Assembly: GCF_006345805.1 (NCBI RefSeq)
Contig: NC_043013.1
Coordinates: forward strand, 32,922,001-32,986,000
Source of the DNA: Octopus sinensis
Lineage: Eukaryota
Direction: 5' to 3'
DNA length: 64,000 nt
The position numbers were made by a program, and so were the translations under genes. The notes under the pieces are model-generated. The model did not search any database. It was not told the origin of the DNA and saw nothing but the letters and a program-made list of their open reading frames with translations. Position 1 is the stretch's first letter. Each line of letters starts with the position of its first letter. This document shows, piece after piece, positions 53,219 to 64,000 of the stretch.

Positions 53219-53790
53219 ATACATACATACATACATACATACATACATACATACCTACATACATACGTACGTACGTACGTACATACATAATACATACATA
53301 CATACATACATAATACATACATACATACATACACACATACATACATAATACATACATACATAATACATACATGCATACACACATACATACATACATACAT
53401 ACATACATACATACATACTACATACATACATACGTACGTACGTACGTACATACATACATACATGCATACATACATACATACATACACACATACATACATA
53501 CATACATACATCATACATACATACATACATACTACATACATACATACACACATACATACATACATACATACATACATACATACCATACATACATACATAT
53601 ACATACATACATACATATACATACATACAACATACATACACACATACATATACATACATACTACATACATACATACATACATACATAATACATACATACA
53701 TCATACATACATACATACATACATACATACACACATACATACATACATACATACATACATACATACATACATACATACACATGTGTATGT
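53219..53790. repeat. (TACA)n array
   Basis: Directly visible, about 570 bp. Confidence 0.95.
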
Positions 53791-53821
53791 ATGTATCTGT
53801 CTATGAGCGCATATATGTACG

Positions 53822-53853
<32 letters not shown>

Positions 53854-53974
53854 ACTATACAGACACACACACACATTAATCATATTCTCACACACATGTG
53901 CGTGTTTACATACGTATATATTCACATATATATGCGTGCGTGTGTGTGTGTATATACATATAAATGAATATATG

Positions 53975-54194
53975 CATTAACCCCTCGAATATCGCGTGTG
54001 TTACGTTCCATAACACCCCGCAATAGTTGAAAATCCCCGAAGTAGAAACAGTACAGTATATATATTTTTTTAATTGCGTTTATAATTTGTATATATTTAT
54101 TTCATTATAAATGCAAAACACCACGGAGGAATCGATTTAAATAATAAACCGCGATATGTCACCTGTGATAAGTGAATCGTGATATTGGATTTAT
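53975..54194. mobile_element. Tigger/pogo-like MITE remnant
   Basis: Left end CCCCTCGAATATCGCG..GTTACGTTCC..CCCGCAATAG.TGAAAATCC resembles Tigger-type termini; right end partly complementary (CGTGATATT versus AATATCGCG). Confidence 0.45.
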
Positions 54195-54936
54195 ACAAAT
54201 TTATTCTGGTTAGTACACACTAGTTAGTAAATATGTATACAAACATAATTGTTTCATTGCGGAGAGATCATTCTGAAAACAGCGGAGGAAGATTTGGATT
54301 TTCAACACGCGTTTACGCTTAAATTTACTTCGCCGTTTATGAAAACAATATTTTACTTTAAAATGGCTATGCCGTAAAGCATGCGATGACTTCGCAGCTC
54401 ATAAAAATTAGAAATATAACATATAAAATAATTAATTAAGCAATTATGCGAGTAAGTAATGAACGTGGCACCGCTAATGCATTGATGTATTTACTCCTTT
54501 AAATATTTAAATGTCAAAATTTAATTTTTATGGCATCTATTAAATATTTAATGTGTATGAGAGTGTGTGAGTGTGTAGGCTAGGATATACAACCAAATGT
54601 ATTTCCCTTATGTTGTAGACTAAATGATATATATAAACATCAAGAATGCTGAAAAATACTTTAATATTTTTAATTATAATTTACATTATTGAGTATTTAT
54701 GCGTTTCACAATCGAGTGTATGTGACTCTTGAAATGTAAATTTTACATTCAGTATTTTGCATAAACTTTTCCTCGAAAAATGGCGCGACGGTTACAGTAT
54801 AAGCCATATCGGTTCTCGAGGCATTTCTTTGATAAGGAAACTTGTGCGTCCTATTCGACGAGACTAACAGCTACGTAACTACTATACAAAGAGTAATTCG
54901 TTTGTTCTATTTTTACGCAGCCTAATGAGGTATAGA

Positions 54937-55213
54937 GTGGAGGCACTCTATACGGGTTCGAATCTCAGACTGAGTGATGTGTGTGTTTATGAGCGAAACA
55001 CCTAAGCTCCATGCGGCTCTGGCAGAAGGTAATGACGATCTTCTGCTAACTCTTTTGCCACAACTTTCTCTCACTCTTTCCTCCTGCCTCTAGCAGCTCA
55101 CCTGCGACAGATCGGCATCCCGTCCAGGTAGGGAACCTATACGCCAATGAAACCAAAAAACCGGTCCTTATAAGCCAGGCATAGCTCCAGAAGGAACAAA
55201 CAACAACAACAAC
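54937..55213 (+). mobile_element. Family-D SINE with (AAC)n tail and 13-bp TSD
   Basis: TSD AATGAGGTATAGA at 54924-54936 and 55214-55226; B-box GGTTCGAATCT; body GGCATCCCGTCCAGG; tail GGAACAAACAACAACAACAAC. Confidence 0.8.
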
Positions 55214-55491
55214 AATGAGGTATAGATTTCGCGGAACAGAAGATTCTGGAAAAGAATTCACTACGTGCATTTCCTTGTTGTATGAAAAGTTTGTCCTTTC
55301 GTTTATTTCACTGCATAGACACAATGCTGTAACGGTAGATAATTCATAAATTTCTACGAAAATTTATTGAGCAGTTTAATGAAAAAAATCTTTGTAAGAC
55401 TAATTATAATCTAGCCTGTAGACTACGTCCGTATTTTATTTATTATCAACTGCACACACACGCACACACACATACACACACACACACACAC

Positions 55492-55524
<33 letters not shown>

Positions 55525-57225
55525 TTCCCCATATATATATGTATGTATGTATACACTATCAAGTGAGTTATTAAATAAGATTAAATGACTGATAAATAAA
55601 TATTTACTAATAAAGGGACTCAATACGCTTAAAAGAATCGAAGTTATTATACGTAGATATTGACTGTGTCATCAAGTCTCCTCTCGAAGTTTATTCAAAT
55701 AATAAGTAGAATATAGAGTTTGTAGATATTTATACATGAAATATTCTATGAAATGTCTAGGGTAGAAAGAGTTTTTCCTTGTATGACATGACTTTATTAA
55801 TTTGGCGTGCTGTCAGATTGTGAAAGTAAATTAAATTTTATGAAGTCGAAAAAACATATAATAATTTAACCACTATTTATAGAATCTTAGAGAATTAAAG
55901 AACTTTTTTTTTTCCTTTCTGGCAATATTCTGACAGCAAGCTCATATGCATCAATATATGCATCCTTATACACACACCTATACATATAGATTTGCATATA
56001 CATACATACACACACACACACATACATATATATGTATATATATAAATTTGTAAGTACATATGTATATGTCTATCTATATGCACGCACACACACACATATA
56101 TATATACACACACATGTACTTATAATACATACATGTTTGTCCATATTTGTATGAGTGTGTGTGAGTGTAACTCCCAGCGTGAGTTCTAAATACATTCTTC
56201 CTTTAGACCTATCTTATTGCGGCAATATTCAATTTCGCTCATCAGTGAATCTAAAAATAATACAACACTTGTTGTGATATTGGAAAACATAATATACTTT
56301 TGATTCGATTTATATGAACAAAAACAACAATACGTAAAACTTGGAAGGCATGACACAGCCATGTCTGTTGCACATGTAAACGGATGAGAAAGAAATGCTG
56401 ACCAGCTCTTATCCGTTTTCTTGTCGAAATATCGACATATTACCCAGTGGACATGGCCGCCGACACAATTGTGTTTTTCATTACACTCGGAGTTTGAGAA
56501 ACCGGAAATGATGTGATCAGATTTTTTCGTTGTATTAATTGCATTGTCTGCAAACGATGTTAATATATATCTTAGTGTTATAATTACCTGTGGCTCAGTT
56601 TTGTTTCCTTGCAGTTAAAATCAGACCTTCTGTCTCTTCTGTTTGTCCAGATCTTTTAAGTCATTATTTTCTAGTCAGACTTACTTCCTGTGAGGTATTT
56701 GTCACAGTGTTGTGTTTTTACGCTCCATTTTATTTTACTATAACATGTTTGTCATTTCATTTTAACTTTTCTTTTTTTTATTCTTTTTTTGTGCTTATCT
56801 AAATCAACAGACTTAACGATCTCATCGATTATCAAGGGTAATATTGAAGGAAAAGTGTCTTGATCCAATCTTTATAAATGCTCGTAACCTTGTTTCATTA
56901 TGATAAAAATGTTGATTGTGTGCTTGATTTTCCTGCATATTTAGCCATGTTAAAAACACAACACTCGAGCACATATTGGGACAAGCAGAAAAAATATCAG
57001 TTTCGTTATCGCTACCCTTTTTTTCTGAATGATTCATTTCGATTAATATCTTATCCATTTATTATTACAAATCACCAGGGCAAAAATACAACAAGTAATT
57101 TCTTTCAGAGTATTTCAAGCCGAGGATTATGGAAAAGTACGTTTATGTGAGTGAATGTAATCTATGCGTTTGTGTACGTGTGTGTTGGGAAAATATTATT
57201 GGTGCAGACAGCATCCTCCGAATTT

Positions 57226-57259
<34 letters not shown>

Positions 57260-57622
57260 CCATCATCATAAATTCTTTCATGTTCCATATTTTAGCGATC
57301 ACTGTTGACGTTATATACATTTTAAAAAGATAAAGATTCGCTTGTCAAAAGAAGATATTCCGGCTCAGATGTAACCTATATGGTGGTTCCACATTCATAT
57401 TTAGGTGGGTTGCCTTGTTTAGCTTTATTATATTCATTTGTTATATTTATATATGCACATAGTTATAATTTATTTTGTGCAATTTTCCCGTTTATTCGCC
57501 TGTCTTAATATAAAAATGCTTTCACCTTACTCCATGTTTTCATATATGTATGCTTGTTCCCTTGTCTAGTAACTTCTTTGAAAGTATTCTCTGTCATATT
57601 TATCTTTATATATATATATATA

Positions 57623-57853
57623 TATTTCTTTATTGCCCACAAGGGGCTAAACATAGAGGGGACAAACAAGGACAGAAAAAGGGATTAAGTAGATTACATC
57701 GATCCCAGTGCGTAACTGGTACTTTATTTATCGACCCCGAAAGGATGAAAGGCAAAGTCGACCTCGGATGAATTTGAACTCAGAACGTAGCGTGAGACAA
57801 AATACTGCTAAGCATTTCGCCCGGCGTGCTAACGTTTCTGCCAGCTCGCCGCC
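57623..57853 (-). mobile_element. Family-A SINE monomer inserted in (TA)n
   Basis: Near-complete reverse complement of the A consensus; (TA)n on both sides. Confidence 0.9.
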
Positions 57854-57883
57854 TTATATATATTATATATATATATATATATA

Positions 57884-57926
<43 letters not shown>

Positions 57927-59292
57927 ATATATTTGGCTTGTTGATTTGCTGTTGTGACACTCGTTATATTTATATTCTATAGGTTCTACTCCAGATCTAT
58001 ATATACATATTTCTCTTTACATGCTGCGCTGAACACTCTGCTTACGGTAACACTGACGAGATTTATGAAAATAAATAACGATCTACTTATTATATATTGC
58101 TCGGTTTTAGGCTCTATCAAGGTTTGAATTCAAATTTAATTTCGATTCGGATTTGAAGTTGTGCCTTTTACCGTGTAATGGAACAAATGGGAAGAAATAT
58201 GATTTTAGTAATGTCCCACATCACGTGATTCGACTGCAGCAGAGAACATCGCCAGCTTGCCGACGCCAGGTAATTTGGGCAAATTTCTGCGTCATGTCAC
58301 ACAAAGTAGCAGAAATTCTTCGTAAGCTGACAGCTTCCCTGTGCCGTGAATATCTCCCAATCACACAGCACCATTTTCTCGAATGCAAGCTTTATATATT
58401 TACGAGATATATGCAGCTCATTTCTTATGATCTCTCTGACAAGGTAGACACTAGAGTGAGAATAAGAGATAAGTTTAATGCATATATTTATTTTAACATG
58501 GTTCATGCTTTGATTTCTGATTATACCATGTTGAATAACAAATTCTACTTATTATGCTCCAAATGTATGTAAATACAAAATTACTTGGACTACTGCGCGC
58601 AGCGCTCTCGCAAGAACACCAGAGTATTAGAATTTACAATTACTAAATGGCAAAATCTTATTTAAAAAACTTAAGTGATTCCTGTTTCAGCACTTGTAAC
58701 TCCAATTTCAAATCTACCGAAATTCTTTGCATAGTGAAGAATTTTATTTATTTTTCCAAACAGTTATCACATTGTTCGCTGTTACTTTACACCACACATC
58801 AATAATAATTTTCAATTCATTTATCTTAAAGCTTTTGTAAAACTTCCTAAGATTAATTGCATTTTTGTTCACGCTATGTTTTCACTAGCCGGAAGGAGTA
58901 GGCATTGTTGCTAACACCCGCTGATCCGCTGACACACCACTGATGTCATATTCAGTAAAAGTACAAACATAGTGTTGTGATATAAGTCACAAAGTGCTGT
59001 TGAGCTATACAGGGGGTAATTGAAAATTTTAAAAAAATGCTTAATCTAAATATATAGATTTACAATATTTGTTGGCTTCAGGACAAAAAGGACTAATTCT
59101 AAGATGAAGATTAGTTATTTTAAGTAACCCTACCAGTTTTTATTGGTTTTCCAATGCACAATTAAGATGTTTTGAGAAGTACTTTAACAGAGTTTTACAG
59201 TAGATAGATTAGCGAGTTACAAATTCAAAAACAGCAGCATATTTGCCTATAAAAGAGGTTAAGTGATCGTTAGACACTGTGAAAACTGGTTG

Positions 59293-59790
59293 CAATATTT
59301 CTTTCTACATAGAGCGGCGAGATGGCAGAATCATTAGAACGTCGTACAAAACGCTTTGCGGCATTTCGTCCGTCTTTACGTTCTTTCTGATTTCGAATAC
59401 CGACTTTACCTTTCATTCCTTCGGGGTCGATAAAATATATACCAGCTGTTTCCCGGGTTTGATGTAATCGACTTACACATTCCCCAGAAAGTGCTGGTCT
59501 TGTGCCAAAATTTGAAATCAATATTTCTTTCTATATAGAGCGGTGAGCTGGCAGGATCATTAGCACGCCGGGTGAAACGCTTAACGGTATTTCGTCTGCC
59601 GTTACATTCTGAGTTCAAATTCCGCCGAGGTCGACTTTGTCTTTCATCCTTTCGGGATCGATAAATTAAGTACCAGTTACGCACTGGGGTCGATATAATC
59701 GACTTAATCCGTTTGTCTGTCCTTGTTTGTCCTCTCTGTGTTTAGCCCCTTGTGGGTAGTAAAGAAATAGATATTTCGTCCGTCTTTATG
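59293..59790 (+). mobile_element. Tandem pair of family-A-type SINEs sharing a duplicated 5' flank and head
   Basis: CAATATTTCTTTCTA(C/T)ATAGAGCGG(C/T)GAG at 59293 and 59519. The first body is old and diverged; the second is near consensus and followed by ATTTCGTCCGTCTTTA. Confidence 0.82.
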
Positions 59791-60164
59791 GGGCTATCCG
59801 GACTCCCGCCATCGTCGTGAACTGATTTTAATCTTCTCTCTTCGCTCCTTTGCATCACATGGGCTCAACACCTCTCCTCTCCTCTCTTCATCTGACACCT
59901 ATAATCTCTCTTCACTCCTACCCACCTCCACTCCTCTCTTGCTCTGAAACCTACTTCCTCCACTCCTACCCACTTTCTCTCTTTATTGATACTGCTCCAC
60001 CCACAACCCACAGCCACACACCCCATTCCGACATCGACCTCCCACCCCACTTCCCCATCCCCAACCCACATCCACATCCCCATCCTATCATCTCCACCCC
60101 ACCTCACCATCTCCACCCCACACTAGAGGGTTTAGTCGAACAAATCGATCCCATTACTTATTTG

Positions 60165-60274
60165 TAAGTCTCGTACTTATTCTATCGTTCTCTTTTGCCG
60201 AACTGCTATGGAGTCAAGAACAAAGTAACACTTGTAGTCAAGCTGTAGAAGGGGACAAAGATAATCACAAAGAC

Positions 60275-60352
<78 letters not shown>

Positions 60353-60353
60353 A

Positions 60354-60414
<61 letters not shown>

Positions 60415-60712
60415 GTTTGTCTGTTTGTCTGTCCGTAAATCTACCTATCTCTCAATCTATGTATCCATCTATTTATCTATCCATCTGTTTGTCTATCTCT
60501 CTATCTATTTGTTTGTCTGCCTGTCCGTAAATCTATCTACCTGTCTGTGTGTCTGTCTGTCTGTCTATTTATCTGTCTAAATAGGTATCTATCTCTTTCT
60601 CTGTGTGTCTACACGATGGCCTTCTTTCAGTTTCCGTCTACTAAATCCACTTACAAGACTTTGGGCGGCCCGGAACTATAATAGAAGATACTTGATCAAA
60701 GTGCCACGCAAT
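60165..60712 (-). mobile_element. Family-B SINE with internal expanded (GATA)n/(GACA)n
   Basis: 5' half reverse complement at 60610-60712 (CTTCTTTCAGTTTCCGTCTACTAAATCCAC); 3' half at 60165-60275 (GTACTTATTCTATCG..TTTTGCCGAAC); (TATC)n between. Confidence 0.75.
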
Positions 60713-62039
60713 ATCATTGAAAGTTTAGTTCAACATTGATCAGCTGAAGCCCTAACGGATTAAAAGTTCGCCTTTAAAATTAAGATACGTGTTATGAATT
60801 AAAATGGAAAATAAAGATTTGGAAAATTATGTTTAGAAACCACTGTTTTAGTGATTTGTGTGTAAAATAAAACTGGATAGCCCTAGTTAGATTTATGCAC
60901 GTGGTTTTAGTAGGACTTAGCCATAACCGTATCATCAGCAACAACACTATATAATTTCTATAACCATCAAAACAAACAACGACTTCGACGTCTAGAAGCT
61001 TGCACGTCGACGACTACCACAACGACCAACACCGTCATCACCACCACCACCACAACAACAACAACAACAACAACAACCATCAACCACCACACTACCTCTC
61101 ACTACCACCACCATCACCACCATGGAAACAAAGCTTACTGTTGCTACTACACCAATATGCCACCTCACACCACGACTTTATGACTAAATAAAAATTCACT
61201 TGTTCAATGAAATGAGGTGGTTTCCTGCCGGAGCACCATGTGGCGCCACCACTCGGCAATTTTTTTTACGTTTGTTTGTTTTATTATTTACTAAATATTT
61301 CTATTCCTTTCATTACATTTTATCGTTCCACTTTTATTTTTCTGTGTTTTTATCACTGTTTTTTGTTTTGCTTTTTTTTATGAAAACCTTCTTCCAAATC
61401 TTGTTGCTACTCGTCTTACTTGTTGTTTTTACTCTTGGTGTAGATGGCGCTCGTCGTGTTGTTGTTTAATGTAGTCATGTTGTTATTACTATTGTTGTTG
61501 ATTGTGGTTGCTCTTGTTGTTTTCGTTGTTGCTGTTGTTGATTTTCCTCTAAGTTATTTAGCATTTATTTGTTGTAAAAGTTATTTTTGGTGTCGACAAT
61601 ACGCTTCTTGCTGTTCTCCTTATTGCTGTTGTTGTTGCTGTTGTTATTGTTCTTGTTGTTGATTGGGTTTGTGGGTGCTGTTGCTACAAATGTTATTGAG
61701 TTCTTTGTTGTTGTTGCTGTTGTTGTTGATGGTGTTTTAAACTGTCATTATTCTTTTCTCTCTCTCTCTCTCTGTCTCTTTCGATGCCTGACTGTCTGTC
61801 TCTCAACCTCTCTTCTGTCTGTCTCTGTATCTCCCTCTTTCTCTCTTCCTCGTCTCTTTCTCTCTTTCCTTCAATAAACCTCAAACAGCATCAAAAGACA
61901 CAAACTATTTAAATCTCTCTTTTTTTTTTCATTTTGCTTTTATTTTATTTTATTGTTCAAATAAATACGTCACTTAGTAAGATTTTTTTCTTCTTGTTGT
62001 TACTAATTCTGTGCCTTCTCCTTCTTGATAGTGTTCTTA

Positions 62040-62352
62040 TCATCATGATCATCATCATCATCGTTATGAACATGATGATGATAATGATGACGATGGTAAT
62101 GATGATGATGATGACAGTGATGATGATAGAGATGATGATGATGATGATGGTGATGATGATAGAGATGATGATGATGATGACGGTGATGATGATAGAGATG
62201 ATGATGATGATGATGATGAAAGTGATGATGATGATAGAGATGATGATGATGATGGTGATGATGATGGTGATGATGATGATGATGAGAGTGATGATGATAG
62301 AGATGATGATGATGATGATGATGAAAGTGATGATGATGATGATAGAGATGAT
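62040..62352. repeat. (GAT)n interrupted array
   Basis: Directly visible run with recurring AGAGAT interruptions. Confidence 0.92.
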
Positions 62353-62696
62353 GGTTTATTTTTTATCCTTTTATTCTTCGGTTTCACTTTCTTTTTTCTT
62401 CTTACCCTTCATCCCAGAACCTTCCCTGCCCTATCATTCCTATTCATGTACTGCTGTGATTTTTTTCTTGCCTCTTTTTTTTTTTAGTATTCTTGTCCTT
62501 AAATGAAAATATATAAAAAAAAGACACCTTAACATGTTAAAAGAAATAAAGAAATGAAATGCTACAACACATACATTTATACCCTCGTCACGCAGACACA
62601 TAAACACATATCCTCTCCCCATAAACGTACCTTCAATTCACACACTCACACACATACACACTCTGTCTGTCTCTGTCTCTGTCTGTCTGTCTGTCT

Positions 62697-62728
<32 letters not shown>

Positions 62729-63184
62729 ACGCTATCCCATTTTCCTTCAAAGACCTACACAAGACAAAGAATTTAACTCATAAAAAAGAACGTCTGACGT
62801 AGTAAGCTTGAAGGTGTCACTTTTCCGACTTAATGTCTGGAACACGTGAATTAGCGCCGTCAGCAAATACAAAAGGAAATGAATGATGCTTTGAGAGCAT
62901 CTTTAATTTACACCTAAAACTTGTATTGTGAATCTGAATCGTATCTCTGCGCAACGATTGAAATCTATACCCACTTTTTTAAAGAGCTTAACCAGAGAAA
63001 AAATGTCAGCGATATGAGCCCTTCTCTCAGTTATTTTTTAATTTTCTCAAAATGTATTGAGAGACAAGGTGTGAGTTATTTCCAGACCAGATGAATTAGG
63101 CAGGGCCCTTCATCAAGGTAAAAGAAAGGAAACGGTAAAATAAAAAGGGGAATAATTTATTGAGCATTTGCAGTTTATTTTTCC

Positions 63185-63386
63185 GGAGTGGCTGTGTGGT
63201 AAGTAGTTTGCTTACCAGCCACATGGTTCCAGGTTCATTCCCACTACGTGGCACCTTGGGCAAGTGTCTTCTACTATAGCCTCTGGCCGACCAAAGACTT
63301 GTGAGTGGATTTGTCGATAGAAATTGAAAGAAGCCCGCCGTATATATATATATATTATATATATATTATATATATATATATAATAT

Positions 63387-63417
<31 letters not shown>

Positions 63418-63630
63418 GATATATATATACATATATATATATGGTTGTGTGTTTGTGTGTCTGTGTTTGTCTGCTCACCATCGCTTGACAACCGATGTTG
63501 GTGTGTTTACGTCTCTGTAACTTAGCGGTTCGGCAAAAGAACCGATAGAATAAGTACTACTTCCAAAGAAGAAGGTGGTGCTCCAGCATGGCCACAGTCA
63601 AATGACTGAAACAAGTACAAGGTAAAAGAT
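63185..63630 (+). mobile_element. Family-B SINE with internal (TA)n
   Basis: Colinear with 2932-3514; internal (TA)n at 63341-63443; small internal deletion before GGTGGTGCTCC. Confidence 0.88.
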
Positions 63631-64000
63631 ATGTTTTGAAGCTTTATGTTTTAAGACCACTGAGGTGGTTTCATCCCACGCAATTGTTATTAATTTTCTT
63701 AAATAGAAATTTCTAGCATTGAAACAAAGTGGAACGCCCCAACGGCGATCAGTACAAAAATTCCGGATAGAATTAAACTCGGAGAGGGATTATATCTAAT
63801 ACGCAGAAACATGCAGCGTCTCTCCAAGGGACATCCGCACAGTTACCGTCCACCAAAATAGAATTACAACGGCTTGGTCAAAAACACATGTGGTAGAAGA
63901 TACATGGCCAAGAAAAAACTTGTGGAATCGAATTAGAAACCACAGAGTTCCAAATCGAACGTTTAAACCCCGCAGCCATAATTGCGTCATTTTAAACATC

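Noticed and set aside
58153-58572. 139-aa non-repetitive ORF
   Set aside because: TTG start, no recognisable motif in either orientation, no splice context; cannot be supported.

Overview
AT-rich, microsatellite-saturated eukaryotic DNA, very probably intron or intergenic sequence of an octopus (inferred from the tRNA-derived SINE families and the extreme (TA)n/(CA)n/(TATC)n/(ATT)n/(ATC)n load). No host protein-coding exon, tRNA gene, rRNA or CRISPR array can be supported; almost all listed ORFs are translations of simple repeats. The window holds at least four SINE families; DNA-transposon relics (an internally deleted piggyBac with TIRs, a DD41D Tc1/mariner 3' half, a mariner-type MITE, Tc1 and Tigger-like fragments); and non-LTR retrotransposon fragments (R4/Dong-like twice, RTE-like with a 5' inversion, Tx1/L1-like, CRE-like). 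It also has a 50-unit 17/20-bp minisatellite with higher-order structure and a telomere-type repeat present in only one copy of a tandem duplication. Most notable, read by eye: four short, mutually unrelated elements each carry a minimal type-I hammerhead ribozyme fold with a palindromic stem III and a different catalytic-core variant (10522-10563 minus, 20291-20328, 21072-21136, 40212-40257). Two of them sit in inverted/tandem layouts typical of Penelope-like pseudo-LTRs or retrozymes. A second system is a SINE whose 184-bp body recurs in head-to-tail multimers with an identical junction at several loci. All family assignments come from motif recognition and manual translation, not from database searches.
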